From the NCBI GenBank assembly GCA_002189035.1, contig NEEC01000023.1, positions 1 to 64,000 on the forward strand: a stretch of 64,000 nt of DNA, read 5' to 3'. The DNA comes from Utricularia gibba (taxonomy: Eukaryota > Plantae > Magnoliophyta). A program made the position numbers and the translations under genes. A model generated the notes under the pieces. That model searched no databases. It saw nothing but the letters and a program-made list of their open reading frames with translations, and was not told where the DNA came from. Shown one piece after another: positions 11,551 through 25,076 of the stretch (its first letter is position 1; the number at the start of each line of letters is the position of its first letter).

Positions 11551-14209
11551 GTGGGACCACTCGCGGTATCTTGTCTGAGTGGGAAAATCGGATTATGAAT
11601 ATTATTATTTAAAATAGATTAAATTATGTGGGAAAATCAGACGATGTTTTCGTTTCAATAATCCTTTTTCAAATTTCAAAATAAAAAATTTTAGTTAAGA
11701 TTTTCACCCGATTTATGTTTTTTTATTATTTTCTCCCTATGGCATCAAAGTGTGTGTTTCATTGAATTTGCTTGAAACACTCGAACATAAATAATTTTAT
11801 TTTAAAATAATAAATATTTAAAAATATTTATTTTATAATAAAATTAAAAATAACTAACTTATATTTTATTAAAATATTTTAAAAAAATGCTTTTAAATAA
11901 GTTGAACCAAATGCCATAGATTCTAGATTAAAAAAAAGAAAAATATCGAATTTATTTTTAAAAAGATATTCGTGTTCATTTTAAAAGACGTTGTCGGCCT
12001 CCACGCAAGTGGGCGTTGTGTGGGGGCCACAAACGCAATTATGATGAAGCGTGGCGGCGCGTGAAGGTGTGGGAAGTGGGCCGTCGGCGCGTGGTCCCCG
12101 TCCGGAGGAAAGCTCTTTAAAAAAAAATTATCTTTAATATGTGGGTTGTAATTATTTTAGTTTAAAATAATTGAATTCAAAAGTTTTTTTTAATTGTACG
12201 AAATTATGTGATTATCCATGTATTTTCAAATTTATTCTCCAGAAAAAAAAAATATTTGTATTTATTTTATGCAAATGATCATATGCACTCAATTTCTCCA
12301 CCATAGAATTTTATCATCCACATATTTTCTTTAAAATAATTAATGCAGAGCTCTGCTTTAATGATTACTATTTAAATATTAATTAAAAACACAATAAAAT
12401 AGGACAACATTCAATTAAAATAGACAAATTGAGGAAAATGGGGCAACCAGAGCACCACATGTTTGAATATTGGGTGTTGCAAAATTAAGTTGGTAGGTCC
12501 CCATCTTATCAGATTCAGCATTTCAGTCCTATTCTCACAATTATGAATTTATGACAATCAAGAATATTTTCACCATCTACAATCAGAATAACAAGTAATA
12601 AATATTGACAGTGAAAAAAATAATTAGAATACTAAATTGAAAAAAAAAGAACACAATAAATACCTTAAAACTCCCATGTCTGGTTTGAGGTGGGCAAAAG
12701 CATAGGAATGATAGTCATTACTATTTTTTTTTTCTGAGACATTTCTTGTGGGGATCAGATACTCAGGATTTAGGGTTTAGTTTCGAAATATTTTACATTT
12801 AAGTAATTTTCTACTTTGATATTATTCTTTAACAACTATTCTTTCTAATCACTCGTTTTTTAAAATCTTTTCATTCAAACATGATTATTCAAGCATCATC
12901 TTTTGGAACAAGTTTGCACATAATGCTGACAAATCAAATATAAGAAAACAAAAAAAACCATCCATAAATCACCTCTTTACACCAAAACTATGAATTAAAT
13001 TCGATCCGATTCGATTTAAATTTTTTTCATATAATTTGGCTTAAATGCGGAGGTGAATTAAAAAAAAAAAAAAGACCATGCATCAGTAATTGTGTGAAAA
13101 AAATGTACATACTATATATAAATTTTTTGATTATGAAATAGAAATTGTTAGTATTAGGGAACAATTTCGCATGAGCACAATTATCAAAATGGATCCGCCT
13201 TGTGGAACGTGCCATAAGACGTTAGTTAACCAACAACGTTGTTACACTAAAATGACAATCAATGCTGTCTGCAATTGGTCGCTGTTGAATGATTAAATTC
13301 TGTTTCTCTAAAACAAATAAATAAAATGGTCCCTATATTTTCATTATCACTCCATGGTCCCTAAATGTCACTAACCAATGTAAGGGGTCCATAAATTGAA
13401 AATCACCACCACACCGAATGAGGCTCTAAAACGCACCATATACGAGTGATTAGCGATTAATCTCTAACCTCAAAACACTCAAAGACTAATATTGATTGTT
13501 TAATGAGAACTACAAAGATTGTTGATTCGAAAAATGAAAAAATTAGACATGTTCCATATTCTATATAATGATCTTTTACAAGTATTTTAGATGTAAGTTC
13601 TTGTCGATCATCAATACAATTGTGTGTTTGTAAATAATTTCGAAGTTATTTTATATCACTTATTTTACTAGTCATATACAATATTTTTAATTTTAGATAT
13701 TTAGATTGTATTTGGTTGGATGAGTGAGAATTGATAGGTTTTACTTTTAAAATTATTAAAGATTTGTAGGTATCGTATTTTTTTTATTTGATAAAAAAAT
13801 ATTTTAGGGGTATTTTTTTTATTTTTAACGAAGTGATAAAAAAAACTCATCTCCTTCTAAGAGTTTATTTTTAACTAACATAACATGATATTAATCAATC
13901 AAATATATAAATAATATTTATTTTTCCATATAAAATATATATATTATACTCCAAAAAAATAATTTGTTAGATTTCTCTATGTTAGTTTATTTGACGCGAC
14001 GATTATTTATTTAGTACCATGGTCAATGTATCCTAAATATGGTAAAAATTGTGAGTTACTATATATGTACTCGGGCTGAGGATGAATGGGTTGGCATTAA
14101 TTGGGTGGGGTCCCCAGCTTTCTATTTCCGCTGTGGCTGCCCAAACTATAAACAGAAACAGGTATATGTGTACAAGGTCAGAGCTTGGGATTGAGCTCAT
14201 CGAAGTTCC

Positions 14210-15646
14210 ATGGCGTTTCAAGAGCCATATCCCCAGACTTTCCATACCCAGAATCAACCGCAGGAAATATCATTCAGCCACCACTCGGCGCCGCCGCCGA
14301 CCCTTTTCGATCACCCCGACGATGATAAACCGCAGCCGTCGACCTGGGTCAACAACACCCAGTGGCTCCCGTCGACCCAGAGCCCGACCTCTACTTCTAA
14401 AAGCAGTAATGATCATCACGATGGCGGCAACTGGGAGAGAGATAAGTGCAAGGCGGATGTCCTGAATCACCCACTCTACGAGGAGCTGCTGTCGGCTCAC
14501 GTGGCCTGCCTCCGAATCGCGACGCCGGTGGACCAGTTGCCCAGAATAGATGCCCAGCTCGCGCAGTCGCACCAAGTCCTCGCTAAGTATCCCCTTCTCG
14601 GGCCACCCCTTGATCAAAAGGACCTCGATCAATTCATGGTGCGCTAAAATCGATTATTTCACTTGGGTCTTACGATTAATCGAGATGGGTTTATTTGAAT
14701 CGAGCTCTTGAACATGGGATTGAGATTTCTAATGGAATCGTGACTGCCAATCCAGTATTAAATGGAATCTGTTTTCTGTGACTTTTTTTTTTGTGTAGAC
14801 GCATTATGTTCTGTTGCTGTCATCGTTCAAAGAACAGCTTCAGCAGCATGTTCGGGTACACGCCATGGAAGCAGTGATGGCTTGTTGGGAGCTTGAGCAA
14901 TCTTTGCAAAGTTTGACAGGTTCTGTAACAAGCTAGTCTGCAAAATATTGATTTCATTTCTGCAACCTTATTTCGATGGTTTTTTGTATCGAACAGGGGT
15001 GGCACCAGGAGAAGGCACAGGAGCAACAATGTCTGATGATGATGAGGAGCAAGTTGAAAGTGAAAACAGTCTGTTTGACGCAAGTCTTGAAGGAGGGACA
15101 ACATGGGATTTGGTCCTCTGGTTCCTACCGAGTCAGAGAGAACTCTGATGGAGCGAGTGAGGCAGGAATTGAAGCATGAGCTTAAGCAGGGTTACAAAGA
15201 CAAGATTGCGGATATTAGAGAAGAAATTCTTCGGAAACGGAGAGCCGGAAAGCTCCCCGGAGACACCACCTCTGTGTTGAAAGCCTGGTGGCAAGCTCAC
15301 TCCAAATGGCCGTATCCAACAGTAAGCACTTGCTTGGATCTAACTCATCTGGTTCATCATCATATTGTAACTGGTGTGTAGGAGGAAGACAAGGCAAGAT
15401 TGGTTCAGGAAACAGGGCTGCAACTGAAGCAGATAAACAACTGGTTCATCAACCAACGTAAACGCAATTGGCACAGCAACCCCTCGTCTTCATCTTCTCA
15501 GAAAAGCAAGCGCAAGAGGTTGTAGTAGTAGGATTCAAGATCCTCTCCTGATTTCATTATTTGAGAACTAATCTCTGCCAGCTTCTGCTTCTGTTGTCAA
15601 AAGTAGCGTGGGAGGTGACAAAGCGGGCGATGAGCGCTATCTATGA
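14210..15646 (+). CDS. KNAT3: Class II KNOX homeobox protein, KNAT3/4/5-like, 5 exons; apparent 1-bp frameshift at 15095-15097
   Basis: KNOX1 domain [31 protein letters not shown]; KNOX2 [36 protein letters not shown]; ELK/homeodomain [11 protein letters not shown]...[20 protein letters not shown]...WPYPT|EEDK...[14 protein letters not shown]. Confidence 0.9.
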
Positions 15647-17042
15647 GGGAAGAATCATTCAAGTTTCAACAGGCACAAAACCAACCAAGGTGACTGAAAG
15701 TCAGAGCTGCTCCTGCTGCTGCATCTCTTCCTGCCCTGGTGAGCACCAAGCATTGCAGCTGCAGGTCGACCTTTTCGACAATCTGTGTGTTTCAACGAGA
15801 TTCTTCCGTTGCTATGTACTGTATCCCACCGCTGTGTCAACACTTCGAAACGTGTAAATGCTCATACATAACACGAGCAGGAGGGAAATCTCATCAGTTT
15901 GAGATTATAGTTTAAGTTGGATATCATATATAAGTTAAGTTTGGAAATCAATTCCATTTTCGTAAAACAATTTTATTATCATTTTCAATATATATTAAAT
16001 TTTATTTTACAAAAAATATTTTTTTAGAATCATTTTACTTCTCATAAAAATATAGAATACTGATTTCTCTATATGAATTTAGAATTATACTTATTCTTTA
16101 TAAAAAATACAATCAATGTATATTTTTTAAATAAATTATTTATTACATTTTAATAATGTAATCGATACACTTTTCCTTGTATTATAATTTTAATACAAAT
16201 ATTTATATTATAGTAATAATATAAATATAGTTATGATTAATAATTAACATAAGTAAATATATTATTTAATTATAAAAATTGATACTCGTTTCTTTACATC
16301 ACAAACATGAATCAATTCTACAATAATCATTTCTAAAAATTAATTCCAAACATATACTATTTCTTATTCTATTAAAAAATGCAAATTGAAATTAAGTGGC
16401 ATAAATGGGGTTTAATTAGGGCAAATGAGGAGGAAGGAAGAGAACTCACGGTAGAAGAAATTGGAATCTTCTGGATGTGATATCTTGCTTCCATGTGCAG
16501 CCGAGTGGCATTCCACGTACCCCAATTGGGCCCTCCCGATCTACGCCTTGCTTCCGGGAAATGAGTATTGTTTTGCAGAAATTCCCCATTTTACAACTAT
16601 CTTGGCGAATTGAATGCCTTTTACAGCTGACCTTGGCAGAATTCGCAGATTGAAAGCGACCTCTTTTCTTGCTTGCCTTCCCCTGGGTTTGTTGGTTTCC
16701 TGTTGAAGGGAAACTCAAATATGCCACCGGAACGCCTGACAGAGGAATGGGTTTGCATTTTTCGTTCCTAGGATCGCGCATTTTCATGATTAAGAGGTGT
16801 GCGAGCGGAGTTTACTGAAGAAGGGAGAACAGGAAGGGTTTTTGGAGAAGCCCATTGCGCCAGTTTTCTGATCAAAGCCTCCCCGTGCTGTTTGAGAAAA
16901 TAAGGTGATTTTTTTGTTTTGTTTTGTGTAAGGCAATTCTTTTCGGAACGAGAAACCGTGTCATTGTAGGTGGTTGACAGATCTGCCATGCGTTTCAGGT
17001 AGAAATAATCCTGCGTGTTACTTGGGATTGTTACAATCAGTG

Positions 17043-20000
17043 ATGAACTTCGATCAAAACTCTGTACCTCAAGATTTGCGTCCGGTAAATGTTGTGAGAA
17101 ATGTGATTGATGAGTCTCGAATTGGTCCCGTGCCTTCATCAGGGCGAGGCATCGATGGTTACTATGCAGGCCCACCGGCTGATATTGGGGGTAGTCCCGG
17201 TGCAATGCCGGCTGTCTATTATACCACAACAGTTTCCGATCCTGGATTTGTGCCTTTGGGTTTAATAGCGCCATCCCTGCGGTTACTGGGTGGGTGCAGC
17301 ATATTGTTGCTCCTCAGCCTAAGCAAGTTGCTATCGGTGCTGCTCCAGTTGTTAGTTCGTCGTGTGGATATGCCAACTCTTCGCAGCATGGAATGAAGGT
17401 GGGAGCATCCGGTTCTTCTGATCAAACTAGTGAAGCTGGAGGTGGCGATTCTGATTCTGGTATGAAGGTCAAGTTTTTGTGTAGTTTTGGTGGCAAAATA
17501 TTGCCACGCCCGAGTGATGGAGCTTTGAGATATGTAGGTGGGCAAACTAGGATAATTAGTTTTAGGAAGGATGTTACATTCTCTGAATTTGTGCAGAAAT
17601 TAGTGGATATGTACTTACCGAATGTGGTGGTCAAGTATCAGTTGCCGGATGAGGACCTTGATGCGCTGGTTTCTATTTCTTGCGCTGATGATCTTGAGAA
17701 TATGATGGATGAATATAGAAGGTTTGCTGAGACTTCTCTGGATGAGTCTGCTAAGCTGAGGATATTTCTGTTTTTACCTTCAGAGCTTGAGACTGTTTCT
17801 CTGATGCATATTGAGGATGTACAAAATAGTGGACAGAAGTATGTTGAAGCTGTGAATGGGTTAATGGATGGATATAGTCGAGGGACATGCATTGCACGGA
17901 AGGAGAGCATCGAGAGCACAGTTTCTGCTCAGAATTCAGATACTAGTGGAAACGACATTGCTGATGGTTCTGTGGAAGCTAATGGCCTTCCCATGACCAG
18001 CAATATTTTGCCCAAGTGTCCTGATATGAAACCAAGAGTTTCTTCTGGTGATCCTAGTTCTTTACTAAATTTTGATGCTCCTGCTCCACAGACTACTACC
18101 TCCAACAAAAATGTGCCCATTTCTGGGCAATTGGCTGAGACATCTGCATCGTTTAATGTGACTCAGTCACTACCTCCTTTTATAGATCCTTTCCCAGGGA
18201 GTTTAGCTCGAAGTAATTATGTTCCAATTCCTTCTCAAGTTGGTTATCCTGCACAAGTTTTAACTCCTGTTTTTGCTCAATTTCCTACTCCTATGGGGAC
18301 TGCTCCTCAGCAGCCTTCTCCTACTTTACACATGACCATGGATCCTTCTTTTATGAACACGAAGGTTGGCCCAGTTTCTGCTTTTGTTCAACCACAGTCG
18401 GCTCAGATGGAGCATTATCCCCAAGAAAGTATGTTAATGCATCGGGTTTCACAACTACCTCCTGAGCACATATACAATCCAAATATGAGTATGATACCGG
18501 TGACAGTGCCTGGGAGAGTATATAATCAGGTTCAACATCCAGAGCAGATTATGGTGGCTGATCCACAGCAAGGGGTGTACACTGAAAAAATCCTCAGATT
18601 CAAGGATTGCCTTATGTGTCAAAAAACACTGCCACATGCCCATTCCGACACAGTAGCTGACAACTCAAAAGAAAGCCTTTCTAGTAGTGCAGAAGACCTT
18701 AGATCAGCTTACCGCAGCCTCCACATTGACGATCAGGCACGACCGGTGATGTTACCTGCAGTGACTAAAACTGTTGCTGACATTGCTCAGAACCCAACAG
18801 GTGACAGTAGATTAAGGATGTTGAATAATATGGAACCAGAATCTAGTAATATCAATGCAAATGTTCGCCCGCAGTATGTAGATGATAAAATGTCTACTCA
18901 GAAGGTGGAAAACTCTGAACTTTCCAGGGTCGCACTTAAGCATGGCATAATGACTCCCAACGCTCTTCAGTACCCATGTGGCACATCGACAGTTGGCTCT
19001 TCCACTGGTCAAGTCTTCCAGATTCCAGCGGTTGCAACTAATATTCAGACCTCAAAGGATGCAATGATCATTCCACCACTATGTAATGATGCAGCTTCCA
19101 CCGCCATTCCTCAGCAGGCAAGAGATTTTCCTCTTCCTGAAAAACAATATCCTGTTAATGCCACTGCCACAAATGTCACGGATGATGCCAGTTCAGCAAT
19201 CGATCAATTGATACAAATTGATGGAAGCTTGGAGAATTGGAAGATGAGGCCTGCTGAATCTTTTTATTCCAATGAACTTAATAGGCCACTGGTGATCCTA
19301 TAAAAGAAGAGGCTCTGGAATGTAAACCTAAACAGAATGCTGGGTTAGATGTTCCTGGTTCTTATTACCTTCCAACTAGTGAACTGTATGAAACCGCAGA
19401 TGGTTTTCCGTCAGGCAATGCCAATTTGTATCCATGTGCAGTGGTTGGAACTCATACTTTGCATCCCAGTAATGGTATTGATAACTCTGTAGGGCATGCT
19501 GGGTCAACGTTACCCTTGTCTGGTGCTGGAGACATCTCAGATATTTCAAAATCGCAGTTTGTCAATCAGGATCTTTGGAGCATGAAGTCTGACATGCCAT
19601 TTCCCCCTCCTAAGCCTTCCAAAATTTCAATAAGAAGGGACCATACAGGGCAGAAAGAAAAAATTATTGACAGTCATTTTCTGAATGGTGGTGAAACAAC
19701 TGGCGTGAACTGCTCTAGCAACCGTGCTGAGAATCCTCTGGATGCTGATACATTTATTCAAGATCAGGGTATTGCAATTGCATAAACCCACAAATTTATA
19801 TTTGTTTCTTATGGAATTTATAGTCCTCTGTAAATTTTTTACAGAGGAACAAATACAAGAACATCAGACTGTTGCCGAGGGTGCGGATGCATCTGTTATT
19901 AATCCTCCTAGTCTTGTGTCAGATGTACCTGTGCAAACCAAGATTGCTTCTCCAACAATAAGTCAACAGAGTGGCGATGCTAAACCTCTTAATGCAGAAA

Positions 20001-21824
20001 TGCAACAGAGAGACAGATATGAGGTTGATGATCTATATGCTTTCATTGGCAGCAGGATGTCTATTTGAGTTTTCTGCCTCTTAGTTTTTAAAATTCGCAT
20101 ATTGACGGTGCTCACTTGGTTCTGGGACGTTTTCAGGATATAAAGACAAAAATCCCAGAAAAGATAAATTTCGGCTTCCCTGCTTCTGGAATTGGCCGAC
20201 TGCAGGTATTTTTTTTTCTGTTTTTGTATAGCTAAGAATCCCAGAAATAAAATTTCTTACCTGACCAACTCATGTAATTACCACATGCTCAGATCATTAA
20301 AAACAGTGACCTGGAAGAGCTGCGGGAATTGGGTTCAGGCACATTTGGTACTGTATTTCATGGAAAGTGGAGAGGCTCTGATGTTGCAATCAAACGAATC
20401 AATGATAGGTGTTTTCCTGGGAAACCTTCAGAGCAAGATCGCATGGTTTGTGAATTTGATTTGATTTTCTCATCAGTGCTTTTGCCGTAACTATTCTCTC
20501 TTATTCACTTATTAGAGAGATGATTTCTGGAACGAGGCAATCAAGCTAGCTGACTTGCACCACCCTAATGTCGTTTCTTTTTATGGGGTCGTTCTTGATG
20601 GGCTTGATGGTTCAGTGGCAACGGTTACTGAGTTCATGGTGAATGGTTCCCTTAGAAATGCTCTCCAGAGGAATGAGAGGTAAAGGCACTACTAGTGTTA
20701 TACTATGCTAGGCTTCATCTTGATTCGACTGCAGTTACTGTTTCTTTGACCAGCTTTCATCTCATGATGTGTAGGGAAGTAGAGCTTTTAATTTGAGCAT
20801 GCATTTGATCCTGTACATTTCATTTTTTTTTCCAAGTTCATTTATTTTCCTGAGTCCGTTTCTTAGATAACACATCATTACCAGGATTCTTGATAAGCGA
20901 AAGCGGCTTTTAATTGCCATGGATGTTGCCTTTGGGATGGAGTACTTGCATGGAAAGAACATTGTTCATTTTGACTTAAAAAGTGACAACTTGTTGGTAA
21001 ATCTCCGGGATCCTCATCGACCAATTTGCAAGGTAGGCGATTGGATGCTCTCTGGCTTCATATATTATTATCAGTTGAAATGTTTCAGTGTTATTTTGCC
21101 TAATTTTAATTGTTGTATCGAACTTGGTTTAGTGAAGTTTGTGAACAACGGGCTGGTTGAGCTGTATAGCCATTTTTGCTTCTCTGTAGGTTGGTGACTT
21201 GGGCCTCTCGAAATTGAAATGCCAAACCCTAATATCTGGTGGTGTGAGGGGAACACTTCCATGGATGGCACCTGAGCTTCTCAATGGGAGCAGTAGCCTT
21301 GTCTCTGAGAAGGTTTTCGTCCTTCCACGTTGTTCATGTTTTCATTGTCCAAGCATAATACAGTAGAGAACTGGGCTTCCATATATGCCACAATGTCCAT
21401 CATGTTTATGTGACTGTGTTCTGTGGTATAATTTGTTACATATCTCCAGGTGGATGTGTTCTCGTACGGCATCGTGATGTGGGAGCTTCTCACCGGCAAT
21501 GAACCTTACGCAGACCTGCATTATGGAGCCATCATCGGTATGCGTATTTTGCTGCTTCTTCTCTCCATGTTCTGTGGCTTGAGACTTTAATATCTCTCCT
21601 TTTTCCCACAAGGTGGCATTGTAAGCAACACATTGCGGCCTCCGGTGCCCGAGTCATGCGACCCGGATTGGAGGGCTCTAATGGAGCGGTGTTGGTCATC
21701 AGAGCCATCAGAGCGGCCGAGTTTCACCGACATTGCAGACGAGCTAAGGGCCATTGCAGCGAAGCTCCCACATAAAGGTCAGGCCCAGGCACAGCAGCAG
21801 ACGAATGCTCAAGTGAAGGGCTGA
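17043..21824 (+). CDS. PB1-domain Raf-like MAPKKK (B4 subgroup), 9 coding exons; two apparent 1-bp frameshifts (17258-17263 and 19284-19287)
   Basis: N-terminus [14 protein letters not shown]; PB1 domain [29 protein letters not shown]...[12 protein letters not shown]; kinase exons [50 protein letters not shown]; stop at 21824. Confidence 0.9.
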
Positions 21825-22525
21825 TTTTGTTTTCTTTTTTGTTTGTATAATAAATCCCTTAGTCACAAACAGCGTAGAGAAAATAAGTCCACTTCTGGAC
21901 CTCTCAAAATCAGCAGATGGAAGTGATTAGATTTTTGGTGAATTGGTACGAGTGGAAGGGCCCTCTGTCTCTTACGACCAATCACGCCACAACACACAAA
22001 GGCAGCTTGGTTTGAGCAAAAGTACCAGCAGTGGCTCATGCCTTTTCTATTCCAGAACATTTGGGAAGGTAAAAACTGTACTAACAAAGCTTTAAGGCCC
22101 GGTTTGGTAGGGTAGATGTATTTCCAAGGACTTGAATTATTGTTGTGTATATAAACCTTTATTAGAAGGTTTAGATGAAAGTGTGTTTGGTAGATAGATC
22201 TAAAAAGGTCATTAGGAAGTCACTGCTTTGTGCTTTATTCTTTAAACACACCGTTGGGACCAGTGGTGTGCTGTCTCTGTATTCAGCAAATCTTGAGAGG
22301 TATTAACAGTTTGAGGTTGCTGGTACATGTGGGTGGTGAGCAGTGAACTGCATTGGTATACCTCTACAACCATCTTCACAGGCAGGCCATGCCTCCTGGT
22401 TTCTACAGTCTGACAGGGACCTCTAAAGCATATGAGAGTGAAACAACGCCATACTTCATACCTGTGGCTATGGAAATTCTGATGTTGTGAGGTGTGAATA
22501 GGAGGAGCTGGCTGCGCAGAAAAAT

Positions 22526-24656
22526 TCATGGCTTCTGTGCAGAAAACATGATGAAGGATTTCTGGATTTTCTTCTCATAGTTTATGAGACCACATGAGCT
22601 GATCAAGTCCTCTATTTCCTCAGCTGTCAAATAGTTGTAGCTTCTCGGCATCCCCTAACAACAAAGATGATGAAATTCAAGAATCAGAATGCAAAGCATG
22701 CTTCAAAAAAAGGCCTGTGTCCTTTGATCCACACTGGTAAATGGGAGAACCTGTTGCAAAGGCCTTAGCCAATCAGGAGCAGACCCAGCTCGGAGGAAAG
22801 TAGTGCCCACAAAAATTCCACCACTTCTTAATATTCGGTTGATTTCAGCAACCTATTTACAAATGCGAGTAGAAATAGATTAGGTAAAATTTCATGTCAG
22901 ATACGATTTACAGATAATGTGCCATGGAGCATATCTGAGAACTTCATGTGTTGAAATGATTTTTTCAGTCAGCTAGAAACATACAGCATTTGATGGAGAA
23001 GGCCAACAATGCAAGGCTGCACCAGCATGAACACCATCAACGGAACCAGAGAAGAAGGGAAGCCTGGAAACATCAGCTCGGACGAGGGCAAAGTTGCTGC
23101 TTTCAGAAACAAGAATGAGTTTCATAAATGTATTTCCAAAGGAGAAGGAAAAATCCAGTTATGAAGAGAAACTGAGAAGCAATGAACACTCACGAGTCCA
23201 AGATGCCATCATCAGTTTTAACAAAGGTGTAACATTGGCGAAGCATGTTTTCCGAGAAATCAAGCGCAATGACTTTTGAATAGATCCCTGACTTGGCAAA
23301 CTCTCGGGAAAATAAACCACTTCCACAACTCACATCTACAAGGACTCCACCTGCAGCCGGGTTGAGGTATTCTTGGGCCATTTTGAACTGCATGGAGTCA
23401 TATCAGTTCATTTGACCAACATATTCCCCATGTTATAAAAATTGGCATCATGCAACTCACTGTATTTGTTACAAATCTTGATTTTGTTGAAGTTTAATAC
23501 ACCTATAACTTTTGTTTAGCTCATTCTTAAGGGCTGGGAAAAGAAGTGTCCTTTGGAGATCAAGTGATTCTCAGCAGAAGCAGGGCTCAAGCAGAGTCTA
23601 ACTAAACATCAAAAAGGATTTCACACTAGACCCACATAAGCTAATACTTATTGGTTTGCCAATTTCCTTTTTCAGATGCATCATTAAAATTTATTAACAA
23701 ATGATGGGGAGGAAAAATCTTGACCTCTTCCTGAAGTCCAGGGAAACCACTACGGTTGAAGTTTTGGCGCCATCCTCTCTCATAGAGAAATGATACCAAT
23801 GGGCTTCTGAAAAAATAAAAAAGGACCTCGATCAACAGCAGGATTTTAATAAAACAGAAAAGTTCTGTTCTGCAATGCAGATTTTCTATCTCCATTTTAG
23901 AAAACGGGAGTAGAATACCTGAAAAGCTCGGTGCTTGCAGGTATAAACTCAGTGTATTCCTTCGTCCCAGAGGTGATCGTGAGATCAAGATAGGTGTTCT
24001 TGCTGGTATAAGTCTTATTGCACTTCAAGCACTTGAATCCAGATCGATATATCGCTTCCCTGCCAACATTGAACTTCAATAACTAAACTCATCATACCAG
24101 ACTATGCGTTTCACAGGGCTGAAAGTACTTTCTTCCAAACTTAAAACTCAAACAAGCAAACAAATTTATACGAAGTAACGCTAACAAAGACTACAACTTC
24201 CAAACACTCTTAATACACCCATCAAGGTAAAGCATGCAGATCAATTTAGACGTACAAGTTGAACCCACTAGGCCCTTTTCGCAATAGTGGTTCATAGCAA
24301 ACTGGGCAAGAGAACAATTCACTGCTCAGATCCTGCGTTGATTGAATTGCAGATTCCTCCTGATGACCAAAAAGATGAAATAAAAAAAATCAGCAAATCA
24401 GCCATCAAACGTAAGAATTTGAGTAGAGAGTAAGAAAAAAAATTCTAAAATCCAAAACATACAAGGCACTAAAGAAGGTAGATTTAAAAGGAATTACAGA
24501 GTTCAGCGCAACACCGACGGTAGCTCTGATTCTCGCTGGAGAGATCCCGAGAGGTGACCGGAGCCGAGGCTGGCGAGAAAGACGTGGGCTTCCCTCGAAG
24601 TTAGAGATGGGTAGAAACTGCAGCGGCTGAGCTCCGGTGATTATGGCGACAGCCAT
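22526..24656 (-). CDS. Chloroplast SAM-dependent methyltransferase (At2g41040-like), 8 exons, intact
   Basis: Transit-peptide-like exon 1; Zn motifs CPVCY and KCLKCNK; TELFR|SPLVSFLYERGWRQNF; SAM motif VDVSCGSGLFSR; VRADVSRLPF...HAGAALHCWPSP; ends MFSAQKP*. Confidence 0.9.
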
Positions 24657-25076
24657 CGGTTAGATGACGCTACCTTCTCTTTTCCTTTGTATCCTTGATC
24701 GATGTACGCAGTAGGTACACGCAAACTCCCACGTAGAGGGGCAATTTCACAATAAAGAAATGTGAAGCTAAAGATTTTCGATTTCTGTGGTTCATCTTTT
24801 CTCCTGATTGTGAACTCGTGCTGTAATCAAGCCTCAAGAGTTGTGAGGGCAGTTGGCGACAGAAGAATGCTTGACCACCCACTAAGACGATGCATCAGTA
24901 TAATCATCCACAAGCGGCACCAAGAAGACATTTTTGACACCATCTCGCTATAAATAGCGTATCTATCAGTAGAGTTGGATACACAAAACGTTCTTCTATT
25001 GAACAATTCGCTTAAAAGCACCATACACAACTTGATAAATCATCTTATGATGTCAAGGTGAACGATTTTCATATGC

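Noticed and set aside
12769-12780. TTTAGGGTTTAG as a telomerase RNA template (CTAAACCCTAAA on the minus strand) or interstitial telomere
   Set aside because: Under two repeat units, AT-rich flanks, no USE/TATA promoter and no G-rich 5' segment; at most a telo-box.
13327-13396. Three ggtcc(c/a)ta motifs resembling a Mutator-type TIR fragment
   Set aside because: No partner inverted end or TSD found.
15931-16359. Possible degenerate Tourist MITE (gtttggaa...ttccaaac)
   Set aside because: Only an 8-bp core matches between the ends and there is no clear TSD; the same applies to 11738-11919 and 13708-13907.
16988-17040. uORF overlapping the Raf kinase start via a GT-AG intron at 16999-17040
   Set aside because: The intron would be only 42 nt, below the normal plant minimum; unspliced, it is just MRFR*.
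22093-22200. TAA-GGCCCGGTTTGG Tourist-like left end in the Raf kinase 3' region
   Set aside because: No matching right TIR; a fragment at best.
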